A DNA stretch of 64,000 bases from an uncultured Alistipes sp. (GCA_964521245.1 CAZFQU010000002.1:1526-65525); one strand, 5' to 3'. Positions 16,802-26,905 are shown, counted from the first letter of the stretch. Notes: generated from the letters alone by a model not told the origin. Numbers and translations: made by a program.

Positions 16802-18904
16802 TTAAAAGAGTGTTCCTTGGATGGGCTGACTTGCCCGAGAGGTCTCCTCCGGCTCAGCCTTAGGCTCTTCTACACTCTCACTCTCTTCTTCCTTGCTAAC
16901 TGTCGGTTCGTGTTGCGACAACATCTGCTCAAACTCCTCTTCAGAGATAATCTTCAGTCCCAACTCGGTAGCCTTTTTGAGCTTTGCGGGACCCATCTTC
17001 TCGCCCGCTATCAGATAATCGACATTCGACGAGACGGAGCTTAGATTCTTGCCTCCATTGCTCTCGATAATCGATTTTAGCTCGTCGCGGCTATGTCGAG
17101 TAAACGACCCCGAAATAAGAAAACTAAGCCCTGCAAAGAGTTGCGAATGGCTCGGCTTCTGCTCGGCTACGGTCTGCACACCTGCCTTTTTCAGTCGCTC
17201 CACATTCTCGCGGTTCGAGGGACTGAGGAAAAAGTCGATTATCGAAGTGGCTATCTTCTCGCCCACCTCCTCTGCCTGACAAAGTTCCTCTTTACTTGCA
17301 GCCATAATGGCATCGAGCGAGCCGAAATGTGAAGCAAGGAACTTAGCCGTAGTCTCGCCAACAAAGCGTATGCCCAATGCAAATAGCACGCGATGCAGAG
17401 GTACGCGGCGCGACTCATCTATCGAACGTATGATATTATCTGCCGACTTCTCACCCAAACGAGGCAACACACTCAACTGTTCGGGGAGCAAATCATACAG
17501 GTCGGCATAGCTGCGCAGGAGTCCATTCTCGAAGAGCAGCTCTACGGTCTCCTCACCCAAACCGTCGATATCCATAGCTTTACGACGTATGAAGTGGACT
17601 ATCTTGCCAATAATCTGGGGCGGGCAACCACTCTCATTGGGGCAATAGTGTTTAGCCTCGCCTTCGAAACGTACAAGCTCGCTGCCACACTCGGGACAAT
17701 GGGTGATATACTCAAAAGGATGACTTTCTAAGGGGCGTTCCGAGAGTTCGACACCAACAATCTTGGGGATGATTTCGCCACCTTTCTCAACATAGACCAT
17801 ATCGTGAAGGCGTAAATCCATCTGTGCTATCTGTTCGGCATTGTGCAGGGTGGCTCTCCTAACGGTGGTGCCTGCAAGTTGCACGGGCGTAAGGTTGGCA
17901 ACAGGAGTTATAGCTCCGGTCCTGCCCACCTGAAAATCTACCGACAGCAACTCCGAGAGAGCCTGCTCTGCCTTGAACTTGTAGGCAACAGCCCACTTTG
18001 GGGCTTTGGCAGTAAAGCCCAATGCCCGTTGGTCGCCGAAACGATTGACCTTGATTACTATTCCGTCGGTGGCAAATGGCAGATTCTTTCGCTCTTCGTC
18101 CCAATAGTTTATATATTCTCTAATCTCCTGCTCACTGTGGCATATACGCATCAAGGGTGATATTTTGAATCCCCACTCCTTAGCTCTTTGAAGATTCTCC
18201 CAATGCGAATCGAAAGGCAGCTGATTGCCCGCTATCTGATAGAGCGTACAATCTAACCCGCGCTTAGCCACCACCGCCGACGATTGTTGTTTGAGAGTTC
18301 CTGCCGCAGCATTTCGCGGATTGGCAAAAAGGTTCTCGCCCGCAGCCTCGCGCTGTTGGTTGAGCCTGTCAAACGACGAGTAAGGCATAATAATCTCGCC
18401 ACGAATTTCAAAGAGTTTGGGATAGCCCTCGCCCTTGAGCTTGAGGGGTACTGAGCGTATGGTGCGGACATTGGCCGTCACATCGTCACCTCGAGTGCCA
18501 TCGCCACGCGTCACTGCCCTGCTCAGCGAACCGTTTTCGTATGTGAGCGAAATTGCCGTACCATCGAATTTCAATTCACACACATACTCCACCTGACCTA
18601 TCTCCTTTGTGATGCGCTCCAAAAAGTCGTGTAGTTCTTCCAACGAATAGGTATTCGAGAGCGAGAGCATTGGGAAGCGATGCTCGGCAGAGGCAAACTC
18701 GTTGGCAAGGTCGCTGCCAACGCGCATCGTGGGAGAGTTCTCATCGGCATATTCGGGGTGTTTAAGCTCCAAATCCTGCAACTCACGCAACATCAGGTCG
18801 AAATCGAAATCAGAAATTTCGGGGGAATTTTCGACATAATATTTATTGTTGTGGTAGTTTAGCCTCTCGCGCAAAAAATCTATCCTCTGCTTTGCTGAAC
18901 CCAT
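16802..18904 (-). CDS. ligA: NAD-dependent DNA ligase
   Basis: 700 aa. Adenylation motif CELKFDG, Zn-finger Cys cluster (CPECGS...C) and a C-terminal BRCT-like region. Confidence 0.96.
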   Translation of the reverse strand: MGSAKQRIDFLRERLNYHNNKYYVENSPEISDFDFDLMLRELQDLELKHPEYADENSPTMRVGSDLANEFASAEHRFPMLSLSNTYSLEELHDFLERITKEIGQVEYVCELKFDGTAISLTYENGSLSRAVTRGDGTRGDDVTANVRTIRSVPLKLKGEGYPKLFEIRGEIIMPYSSFDRLNQQREAAGENLFANPRNAAAGTLKQQSSAVVAKRGLDCTLYQIAGNQLPFDSHWENLQRAKEWGFKISPLMRICHSEQEIREYINYWDEERKNLPFATDGIVIKVNRFGDQRALGFTAKAPKWAVAYKFKAEQALSELLSVDFQVGRTGAITPVANLTPVQLAGTTVRRATLHNAEQIAQMDLRLHDMVYVEKGGEIIPKIVGVELSERPLESHPFEYITHCPECGSELVRFEGEAKHYCPNESGCPPQIIGKIVHFIRRKAMDIDGLGEETVELLFENGLLRSYADLYDLLPEQLSVLPRLGEKSADNIIRSIDESRRVPLHRVLFALGIRFVGETTAKFLASHFGSLDAIMAASKEELCQAEEVGEKIATSIIDFFLSPSNRENVERLKKAGVQTVAEQKPSHSQLFAGLSFLISGSFTRHSRDELKSIIESNGGKNLSSVSSNVDYLIAGEKMGPAKLKKATELGLKIISEEEFEQMLSQHEPTVSKEEESESVEEPKAEPEETSRASQPIQGTLF

Positions 18905-19093
18905 ATAATCAATTTGTTAGCTCTTTGGTTACCTACTGTATGTACATAATTCGTTGTAAAGATACACAAATTGTGGTTACAATGTGCCTATTTTCAAAAA
19001 AAGATATTTTTTTTTGCAATATTTGTCAGCGTAACGAATTTTGATTATAATTGCAGAAAATTTCTGAACCAAACACAATTTAGATACCTTAAT

Positions 19094-19417
19094 ATGGCAA
19101 CAGCAACAGCTCGAAAGAAGAACTTGGTGACAAGCTTCAACAACCTTTCGCCCGAACTTCAGGAGGCAGTAAAGGCACTATATCCCCTTGGCTATACCGA
19201 GGCAATGATTCGTGTAGATAAGCCCAATGGCGATTTCTTCTATGCAGTACCCTTCGAGACCGAGGAAGTAGCTTATTTGGTCAAGATAGATGTTAAAATC
19301 GATGATGTAATCGATGACGACGACGACAAGGATTACTACGACGACGAAATCAAGGGAGCCGATGATGCTAACGAGGCTCAGCTCGGAGCAGAGGGCGACG
19401 AGGATTTCGACATGTAA
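19094..19417 (+). CDS. small protein with a strongly acidic C-terminus, unknown function
   Basis: The ATG at 19094 gives MATATARKKNLV... (107 aa) with tail DDVIDDDDDKDYYDDE. The longer TTG-initiated version from 18971 is unlikely. Confidence 0.55.
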   Translation: MATATARKKNLVTSFNNLSPELQEAVKALYPLGYTEAMIRVDKPNGDFFYAVPFETEEVAYLVKIDVKIDDVIDDDDDKDYYDDEIKGADDANEAQLGAEGDEDFDM

Positions 19418-19519
19418 TAATTGATTGTAAAGTTTTACGGGGAGCGATAATGGTCTGAGAATTGTTGCTCCCTGAATTTGTATCCGAAGATACCGTACCG
19501 TAAAAAAGATTCAGACTCT

Positions 19520-20140
19520 ATGAAACGTAGTTGGTTAGCTGCGCTGCTCTTTAGCCTTAGTATGCTCTCGTGCGGAATGACCGAGGACGAGATGGAAGAT
19601 GTTGACCGTCGCACCTATATCGACTTTCCGGACCAAAAGTTCGAAGAGTATCTGCTCGAGACATACGACCTGAATGGCGATGGAAAATTCTCGGTCTATG
19701 AGGCTCAACAAATATTTATTATAGATTGTTCGAACCGCGATATAGAGTCGCTGTTCGGCATCGAGTATTTCAAGCGACTTAAGGAACTCTATTGCGCAGG
19801 CAACTCGCTGATTATGCTCGACTTGGACCGAAACGCGAATCTCGAGATTTTGGACTGCACAAACAACAAACTCTCGTCGCTTGCCATATCCTCGCAACGC
19901 TCGCTGATAGAGTTGTATTGTTCACACAACCAACTACCCTCGCTCGATTTGTCGGTCACTCATTCGCTCGAGACGCTCGATGCTTCTTATAACAACCTCG
20001 TATTGCTCGACATATCAAACTGCTCGCGTCTGATGCACGAAGTCAACGCCTCAAACAATCCCTTGGAGACACTCTATATGCTCTCTACCCAGAATGTTGA
20101 CCGACTACAAGCGGGCAGTGCCGAGATTATACTCCGTTAA
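19520..20140 (+). CDS. leucine-rich-repeat lipoprotein
   Basis: MKRSWLAALLFSLSMLSCG signal peptide and lipobox from the ATG at 19520, followed by repeated LxxLxCxxNxL units. Confidence 0.75.
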   Translation: MKRSWLAALLFSLSMLSCGMTEDEMEDVDRRTYIDFPDQKFEEYLLETYDLNGDGKFSVYEAQQIFIIDCSNRDIESLFGIEYFKRLKELYCAGNSLIMLDLDRNANLEILDCTNNKLSSLAISSQRSLIELYCSHNQLPSLDLSVTHSLETLDASYNNLVLLDISNCSRLMHEVNASNNPLETLYMLSTQNVDRLQAGSAEIILR

Positions 20141-20163
20141 GATTCGTGAATAGTATAATAAAT

Positions 20164-20200
20164 GACCTGCCTAAAAACTTATCAGGCAGGTCCTTTATTA
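20164..20200. terminator. terminator module copy B (bidirectional, LRR gene + / capsule locus -)
   Basis: Perfect 9-bp stem GACCTGCCT / AGGCAGGTC (20164-20172 / 20184-20192) with an 11-nt loop, followed by TTTATTATTT. Confidence 0.65.
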
Positions 20201-20221
20201 TTTAGAGGGTCGCTTTTGATT

Positions 20222-21346
20222 CTATAAAAGTTGCTTATATATATCCAAATGCACCTTCACCACATCCTTTACGTCGAACTTACGTTCGGCAAATGCTCTG
20301 GCTTTTAGCCCCATATCCCGACGCATCTGGGGGTTGTCTATCAACTTTTGCAACGCTTGGGCAAGTGCCTCAGAGTCCCTAACCGGAATCAGATAACCAT
20401 TCTCACCATCTATAACCGTGTCGCGACAGCCCACTGAATCGGTAGTCACCACCGGACGACCAATAGCTTGTGCCTCGATTATCGACTTTGGAAGGCCCTC
20501 TCTATACCACGAGGGGAATGCCATAATGTGCGACTGCTTGAGAAGTTCTACGATATCGCTCCTGTGACCCAACCACTTGATATACTCGCCGTCACACTTA
20601 CTCTCAAGCTCCTCCTTGCTTATGGAGTTGGGATTGGTGTCGAGACCTCCGCAGAGCAGGAACTGCACCCGACCACGATATTGTGGCTCAAGTTTTTTCG
20701 CCGCATCAATCAGCACCAACGCACCTTTATCCTCGACCATTCGGGCTGTGAAGATAATCTTAACGACCTTATCATCGGGCTCGGGGGTGTAGCTGTAACT
20801 ATCAAGGTCTACTCCCGAGCCATTTGTGAATGCACACTTATCGGCAGGCATAATCTTGGCATTGCGAAATATCGAATAGTCGTCTTGATTTTGGAATATA
20901 ACTCTAAGGCGTTTGAGTCGGTGGGTTAGCCGCAGCACCTTAAGAATCGAACGAGAGAATAGCGAGCCTGAGTGCTTTTCGTCAAACAGCACGCCCAAGC
21001 CCGACACGGCACTCACCATTGCCTTTACCCCTGCAAGGCGAGAGGCTATGCTACCCCCAAGAATGATTTTGAGTCCTACAAGATGGACCAAGTCGGGTCG
21101 CTCACGTCGGAACAATCTATACAGGAAGGCTAAGGTCTTTAGTTCCTCCCTGAGATTTGTGCCGGTGCGATTTATCGGCATAGCAACCGCCTTAAATCCC
21201 ATACCGCGCAAAGTATCGAAGAGTCCTGTATCCTTGCACACCACCGTCACAACATAGCCTGCCTCTTTGGCAGCAATGCCTATTTGTGTTCTGTGACTGA
21301 GAAAGAATTTGTCTTGATTAACTACGATAAAGATTTTTTTCATCAC
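20222..21346 (-). CDS. glycosyltransferase family 4 (GT-B)
   Basis: 374 aa. C-terminal EGLPKSIIEAQAIGRPVV (E-x7-E type motif). Confidence 0.85.
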   Translation of the reverse strand: MMKKIFIVVNQDKFFLSHRTQIGIAAKEAGYVVTVVCKDTGLFDTLRGMGFKAVAMPINRTGTNLREELKTLAFLYRLFRRERPDLVHLVGLKIILGGSIASRLAGVKAMVSAVSGLGVLFDEKHSGSLFSRSILKVLRLTHRLKRLRVIFQNQDDYSIFRNAKIMPADKCAFTNGSGVDLDSYSYTPEPDDKVVKIIFTARMVEDKGALVLIDAAKKLEPQYRGRVQFLLCGGLDTNPNSISKEELESKCDGEYIKWLGHRSDIVELLKQSHIMAFPSWYREGLPKSIIEAQAIGRPVVTTDSVGCRDTVIDGENGYLIPVRDSEALAQALQKLIDNPQMRRDMGLKARAFAERKFDVKDVVKVHLDIYKQLL

Positions 21347-21358
21347 CCAACTACTGCA

Positions 21359-22435
21359 TTATATTTTTGGTCGTCGATTGAAATATTTGCTGAAAGTCAC
21401 ATTACCGAAAACCAACTTCACGAAACTCTCGTCGGCTATCGAGCGAAAACGCCACATCCTACGCAGACGTCTGAACATACGCCTAACTTTTTGTAACCCG
21501 CTTTCGCCCCAGATATTGGGTTTTTCGCCCATTATATCCTCCAACACACTCTGCTCGAGTTGGTGACCGACACTGAGTTGAGGCACACCCGACTCCACTC
21601 CAAAACATCTGCGACACAACCCCGTCAGAACTATGGCGAAATTCAAAATTCTACACTCGTGCATCAAAGCTATCACCCGCTGCCAATCTACATTCCTTCC
21701 CTCAGAGAGAAGAAACATCGACCAATCGAGCAGATGGCGGATGCAGATACCCTCCTTCATAAAGTGGCGCAAAGCGTGTTTTATGAGAAACAGAGCATTA
21801 AAATCGGTACTCGGATTCAATAATTTAGTCTCCCCAATAGGGCGAGGAGCCTCCCCCACCATCTTCTGCAACAGTTTTTCGGTCTCTATGCCACGCTTCG
21901 AATTATCGAAGCTCGTCAGGAAGTGGTGCTTTTCGATGGTCAGCCCTTTGTAGTGGATGTGCGAATGTTTGTAGCCTGCATCCTGAACTTGGGCACCAAA
22001 GCCCCGAGCAAACTCCTCGACATCTACCCCACCATCGTTTCTGACCACATAGCAATCCAAATCGCCCGATTCGCGATGCAGAGGATTGTGAAAATAGGAT
22101 GCAAATGCCATACCCTTAAGCACAGCCACCTGCACACCTGCATCGAAGAGTCGCTCGGCAAACTCCGAGCAAATCTCCTCCTTTATCTTCATCTCCCGCT
22201 CTATTGCCAGCGAATGTGACAGCCACCTGAGTACAAGGGGTTTGGGGGGAGCCATCTGCTTGGGAATATCTTTTATGGAGTCGAAAACGATGGCAACCAC
22301 CCCCTGTCGCTTCGACAACAGATAGAGTCGCTCCCAATCCTTAGGCTCGAGGTCGCTCAGTGGCTGCCAATCAATCTCTGAGTCGCCATGCACTCTCCGT
22401 AGCAGATGGAAGAAAGAGGAATAAATCTTATTCAT
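21359..22435 (-). CDS. uncharacterised nucleotidyltransferase-fold protein (PF14907-like) in the capsule locus
   Basis: 358 aa. GDLDCYV-type NTase motif. The family assignment is from memory. Confidence 0.6.
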   Translation of the reverse strand: MNKIYSSFFHLLRRVHGDSEIDWQPLSDLEPKDWERLYLLSKRQGVVAIVFDSIKDIPKQMAPPKPLVLRWLSHSLAIEREMKIKEEICSEFAERLFDAGVQVAVLKGMAFASYFHNPLHRESGDLDCYVVRNDGGVDVEEFARGFGAQVQDAGYKHSHIHYKGLTIEKHHFLTSFDNSKRGIETEKLLQKMVGEAPRPIGETKLLNPSTDFNALFLIKHALRHFMKEGICIRHLLDWSMFLLSEGRNVDWQRVIALMHECRILNFAIVLTGLCRRCFGVESGVPQLSVGHQLEQSVLEDIMGEKPNIWGESGLQKVRRMFRRLRRMWRFRSIADESFVKLVFGNVTFSKYFNRRPKI

Positions 22436-22449
22436 AATGGGGTTTTCTC

Positions 22450-23358
22450 TTAGGCAAATGAGCTGATATCAAACCTGTTGCCCAGCTCATTATCAAACTC
22501 ATCGGGCGTGAACGACATATATCCGCTGGCATCATAGAAGGTTAACTCACCAACATAGATTCTGCCACGAACGTTGTAAAGGTCAACCCTCACGTGAGGA
22601 AATCCTTGAGCCAACGCCTCGGCAAGGGTCTTCATCTGCTCAAAATTCTGGGGCTTGGGCAGAGCTGCATCTTGCGCTCGTTCGTCGTTACGCACAACGT
22701 CGAGCTTTTTGAAATCCGGGTCATAGACACCAACCTGGGCGAACTCTCCTACCCTTCTATCCGAGATGCCATAGACGTAAGCTACCTTGCCACCAAAACA
22801 GATAAACTTATAATCGTAGAGGTCTGACTCTGCTCCATCGCCAATCAGTTGCTCGATAATGATTCGACGCGGATAGTTATTGTCATATGCCCACTCTCTG
22901 CCAATATGCTTTTTTGCTTTGGGGCTTGACATCCACCCATTGAGCTTGAAAAAAAATTCATCTTCAGCCAACTTGTTCTTATCCCTACAAATCAGAATCT
23001 GATTGCCACCGCCACCATCCGTAGTCTTTGCCACAAACTCGTTTGGCAAAGCGCAAAAGTCAATATCCGATGGGGAGTCATAAACTCCGATGAGCGGTAT
23101 CAGATAGTTGCCATAGCCCAACTCCTCGATATAGCGACGGAACTCATATTTATCGGTACAACGGAGCATATCCGCATTTCTGTATTTGAGTTTATAGAGT
23201 TGAAGTTTCTCGGTAAATCGTCGAGGATTTTTCAGATTAAGCGCTCTGGAAAACTTTAACCAATACTGCAACCTGACCATAACCGAATCGGGGACCCAAC
23301 CCAAAAGGGTCAGAATCCGCGTTCTCAACTCGCGCGATGGCAAAATTTTACGATACAT
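22450..23358 (-). CDS. ATP-grasp amidoligase family protein (TupA-like)
   Basis: 302 aa. FVAKTTDGGGGNQILIC and a C-terminal ...GELTFYD... segment, as in TupA-like ATP-grasp proteins of polysaccharide loci. Confidence 0.6.
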   Translation of the reverse strand: MYRKILPSRELRTRILTLLGWVPDSVMVRLQYWLKFSRALNLKNPRRFTEKLQLYKLKYRNADMLRCTDKYEFRRYIEELGYGNYLIPLIGVYDSPSDIDFCALPNEFVAKTTDGGGGNQILICRDKNKLAEDEFFFKLNGWMSSPKAKKHIGREWAYDNNYPRRIIIEQLIGDGAESDLYDYKFICFGGKVAYVYGISDRRVGEFAQVGVYDPDFKKLDVVRNDERAQDAALPKPQNFEQMKTLAEALAQGFPHVRVDLYNVRGRIYVGELTFYDASGYMSFTPDEFDNELGNRFDISSFA

Positions 23359-23365
23359 TATTAGT

Positions 23366-24322
23366 TTATCTGTAAAAGAAACGATACAAAGATCTAAGTA
23401 TTAACTTACCAAATTTCAGCCCAAACATCTTGGTCATGATTATCAATATTGCCTTAGGCGACCATAAATTATACTTAGTGATGCGTGTAATAGACACGTC
23501 TTTAGTTATGGCACGAAACTCTTTGGAAGTTATATCCACAGCTCTCAATGCAGTGAACGACAAATTAAGAAGCGAATAGTAATGAGCTTTATCGTATCTC
23601 TTGTCGGAATAATTGGTTATTCGCCAGTGCCAAATATATCTGTTTTGTTCTACTCCTTTGAGAGTTATATTATTGGTATATGACGAACTGTTCATATCTC
23701 TGTGATAGTGATAGTAGCATCTATCTATCGATACGATTTTTAATGGTTGCTGAAGAACTTTTAATAAAAACAATGCATCCTCGCCCAAATTTATTCCCTG
23801 TACATAGCCTATATTTCTACTTTTGAGCATATCTAACCTAAACAATTTACTCCAAGTTTGCGCGGGAGCCTTATGGAACATTATATCCAATACATATTCA
23901 TCTTGACAGGTATAGTTATAAGGTTGACTGATTAGCTCACGACCATTGGGATAGTTCACGTAATGGTCGGATAAAACCACATCTGCCCTTTCCTCAATAG
24001 CTCTATTGTACATATCTTTGTACATATCAGGCTCTACCCAATCGTCAGAGTCACAAACCGTGTAATACTCGCCCCTTACAAGTTCCAAAGCTACTTGTCG
24101 GGCAGATGCTAAGCCACCATTGGGTTTATGGATAACCTTTATGCGACTATCCTTTCTGGCATACTCATCACAAATCTGACCGCTATTATCTGTACTTCCG
24201 TCATCGACAACAATAATTTCAATCTCCTTGAGTGTCTGGTTAATCAAACTCTCAAGGCATCTCGTCAAGCCCTGTTCTACATTATACACAGGGACCGTAA
24301 TAGACACTTTTGGCAGCAACAT
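23366..24322 (-). CDS. glycosyltransferase family 2
   Basis: 318 aa. VSITVPVYNVEQ...IIVVDDGSTDNS and a DSDD motif. AT-rich codon usage. Confidence 0.88.
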   Translation of the reverse strand: MLLPKVSITVPVYNVEQGLTRCLESLINQTLKEIEIIVVDDGSTDNSGQICDEYARKDSRIKVIHKPNGGLASARQVALELVRGEYYTVCDSDDWVEPDMYKDMYNRAIEERADVVLSDHYVNYPNGRELISQPYNYTCQDEYVLDIMFHKAPAQTWSKLFRLDMLKSRNIGYVQGINLGEDALFLLKVLQQPLKIVSIDRCYYHYHRDMNSSSYTNNITLKGVEQNRYIWHWRITNYSDKRYDKAHYYSLLNLSFTALRAVDITSKEFRAITKDVSITRITKYNLWSPKAILIIMTKMFGLKFGKLILRSLYRFFYR

Positions 24323-25386
24323 TAACGCAAATATTTTAAGTAAAAACTAAGCCCTACCATAATAGCTGTCAGACCAAATAATAGCAGGCGTTTATGTCTA
24401 ATCAAATCCCCATCTTTTGAATTACACAAAATAGGATATAGTAAAATAAATGGGATGAACACCCAACTCATATAGGCTAATCTATCATTTGCTGGCATTT
24501 TTGATATAGTCAACCAACAAGCATTGCAAAAAATGTAGGTATTATAAATGTGAACATAATATGTATCTTTGAATTTACGCTTGTATACATAATACCAACC
24601 GACCAATATTGGGAAAAATGAATAAATTATAAAGTCAGGTCGTAAACCAACATCATAATCTCTATCTTCACCCGAGAGATACATATTCAGACGCTGATCC
24701 TCCATCGATGTAAAGTCCTCTGAAAATTGTTCAAACGAGTCAAAAACACCTACTAACAAAGCAGCCAACATCACACCCCAAAACAGATAAAGAATCTTTG
24801 TATTCTTCAACACTGATGTAGCCAAGTATCCCACCATAATAAGTAGTCCGGATATATGGAAGCTGATTGCAAGTAGAGAAAAAATCACTCTAATAGAAAT
24901 CTTTTGGTCTTTACTAAAAGCTATAAGTAAAAAAGCGATACTTAGTCCTGCACGAAGTACATTATAATGGTGGTTGCTAAAGCCCCAAGAGAGGAAACAA
25001 AGCAAAACCATATAAAGATATTTACAATCACTTTTCTTACAAAAATATATAGTTGCAAAAACATATATTAGCGCAGATATAACAAAACCGCCGGTATCGG
25101 TTCCCGTCAGCACATCGCATAGTTTAAGATAGTACGCAAAACCAATATCCTTAAAACCATACATCAAGAAGCTATCTGCGTGCATAAACATATACGAATA
25201 CTCCGGTCTGTCGGTTCCTACAATTTCAAGTGCAGGGGCAAGACCAAGTAACAATACAGCAATAATGCCGACAATTATAGTCAGGGATTGGGGGGTAGAA
25301 GGTATTTTAGGGCGAGTGGTTGTGACAAAGAGCAATATGAACAGCATAAATGCCATCAAACCATCAAACCAAAAAGGAAAACTCAT
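24322..25386 (-). CDS. EpsG-family polysaccharide polymerase (Wzy-like)
   Basis: About 10 TM segments, rich in aromatic residues. ATG at 25386 preferred over the TTG at 25404. Its stop overlaps the GT2 start by 1 nt. Confidence 0.7.
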   Translation of the reverse strand: MSFPFWFDGLMAFMLFILLFVTTTRPKIPSTPQSLTIIVGIIAVLLLGLAPALEIVGTDRPEYSYMFMHADSFLMYGFKDIGFAYYLKLCDVLTGTDTGGFVISALIYVFATIYFCKKSDCKYLYMVLLCFLSWGFSNHHYNVLRAGLSIAFLLIAFSKDQKISIRVIFSLLAISFHISGLLIMVGYLATSVLKNTKILYLFWGVMLAALLVGVFDSFEQFSEDFTSMEDQRLNMYLSGEDRDYDVGLRPDFIIYSFFPILVGWYYVYKRKFKDTYYVHIYNTYIFCNACWLTISKMPANDRLAYMSWVFIPFILLYPILCNSKDGDLIRHKRLLLFGLTAIMVGLSFYLKYLR

Positions 25387-25390
25387 AATT

Positions 25391-26887
25391 CTAACGTTTA
25401 ACAAATGAGATTATCTTACGGCGTTCGGCAGCAGTGGTACCCATGAAAAGTATTATCAACAGACAAGCTAAAACGACTGCCGGCAATTGTAGGAAGAGCG
25501 ACGATATATAGGTCACTATCAAAGCACTCAATACTCCCATCGAGACAAGGACCACAAATACAGGCAGTATAGCCTTTGTGATAAATTCGCCAACTCTGAA
25601 GCCCCACTCTCGTTTAGCCAATATGGTGATAGCTATATTGTTGATAAAATTGGTAATCGCCATTGCCAACAATGCCCAATAGAGGGGCAATCCGCATCTG
25701 AGCATAACGTAAGCTAACGGCAGAGCAGGCAGCAGGCAGCATATCTCGATTATCTGATACTTCTTAAGTTCGCCATAACACTTGAAACATAAGTCGAGTG
25801 GCGAATGAATCGAACGAGCAAAACCATAGACCAAAATAGCTCTCACGAACTCCACAGAATATTGAGGCACCTCGCCCAACCATATTTCAAGCACAAGCGG
25901 AGCATAGATTCCGATAGGCACTGCAATTATCAGATAGAGATAATTTATCAGCTTTGTCGATAGGAATATCAAGTCGTGAAACTTGTCCTCTTCGCCCGAT
26001 GCGAATTGTTGTGTGGTTTGAGGGGCAAATGCCGTGGAGAGTCGATCCGAAACTTGAGAGAGTCCCTTAAGCACCTGTACGCTGATTGCACGAGCAGCAT
26101 TTGCAATCACTCCGCCAAAGATATTAAGCACCATATTTATACCTTCGGTATATACCGAAAGGGCAAAGTTGCCCAAGAAGTTCCATCCGGCAAACTTAGC
26201 CATCTGCCTAAAGAGTGGCACATCGAAATATCCCTTATGTCTGCATTCGGCAAACGAATGGTGACAATAGAGCATATTGATAAAGCGCACCAAAAGCGAT
26301 ACTGCCAAGATTATAACACTATACCAAATGAGTTTGTTGCAGGGTATAATGATTACTGCAAATGCCGCCATAAGTTGCAGGAAGCCCTCAAATATGGCAA
26401 GACAGGCATAGGCATTAAACCTCTCGTTGGAGATAATCACTGCATCATAAGGCACAGTCATCAGCATTGCTATTGCCGAAAATATCGAACACTGAAGGAC
26501 TATGTAGGAGTCGAATAATCGCCCCTCGGGAATATTCAGATAACAGTTCAATGCCCACACACCCAACAGCTCGGTGGCCAAGAGAAATATCAGGCTCAGT
26601 CCCCAATGCAGTCGTTTGCTGATAGCAAATATATTGCTCAGCACCTGTAAATCTCCGCTCGACTTTTCATAATTGAGGAATCGCTGGGTAGCAGATGCAA
26701 AAACCACTCTGAGTGAGGTGAAGAGCGCGACAATACTTCCCACCAGATTATACAACCCGAAGTCCTCGGCACCAAGACTCTTGAGTAGAATCCTTGATGA
26801 AAAGAGCATCAAAACAATAACAAAGAATGTTCTGAGGTACAGAAATATAGCATTCTTTGCTATCTGTCGTTTGTTAACCTGAGCCAT
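25391..26887 (-). CDS. wzx: oligosaccharide flippase (Wzx, MOP/MATE-like)
   Basis: About 500 aa polytopic membrane protein. N-terminus QIAKNAIFLYLRTFFVI...GAEDFGLYNLVGSIV. ATG at 26887 preferred over the TTG at 26905. Confidence 0.8.
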   Translation of the reverse strand: MAQVNKRQIAKNAIFLYLRTFFVIVLMLFSSRILLKSLGAEDFGLYNLVGSIVALFTSLRVVFASATQRFLNYEKSSGDLQVLSNIFAISKRLHWGLSLIFLLATELLGVWALNCYLNIPEGRLFDSYIVLQCSIFSAIAMLMTVPYDAVIISNERFNAYACLAIFEGFLQLMAAFAVIIIPCNKLIWYSVIILAVSLLVRFINMLYCHHSFAECRHKGYFDVPLFRQMAKFAGWNFLGNFALSVYTEGINMVLNIFGGVIANAARAISVQVLKGLSQVSDRLSTAFAPQTTQQFASGEEDKFHDLIFLSTKLINYLYLIIAVPIGIYAPLVLEIWLGEVPQYSVEFVRAILVYGFARSIHSPLDLCFKCYGELKKYQIIEICCLLPALPLAYVMLRCGLPLYWALLAMAITNFINNIAITILAKREWGFRVGEFITKAILPVFVVLVSMGVLSALIVTYISSLFLQLPAVVLACLLIILFMGTTAAERRKIISFVKR

Positions 26888-26905
26888 TGTATTGCCAACT
26901 TTCAA

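Noticed and set aside
18940-18975. Shared TTTGT(G)TATCTTTAC sequence upstream of both ligA (about 18955) and uvrA (about 49811) as a common DNA-repair operator.
   Set aside because: The shared part coincides with a near-consensus -7 promoter region (TATCTTTA versus TAnnTTTG). A similar string precedes the unrelated GH13 gene (39897-39910), so promoter consensus explains it.
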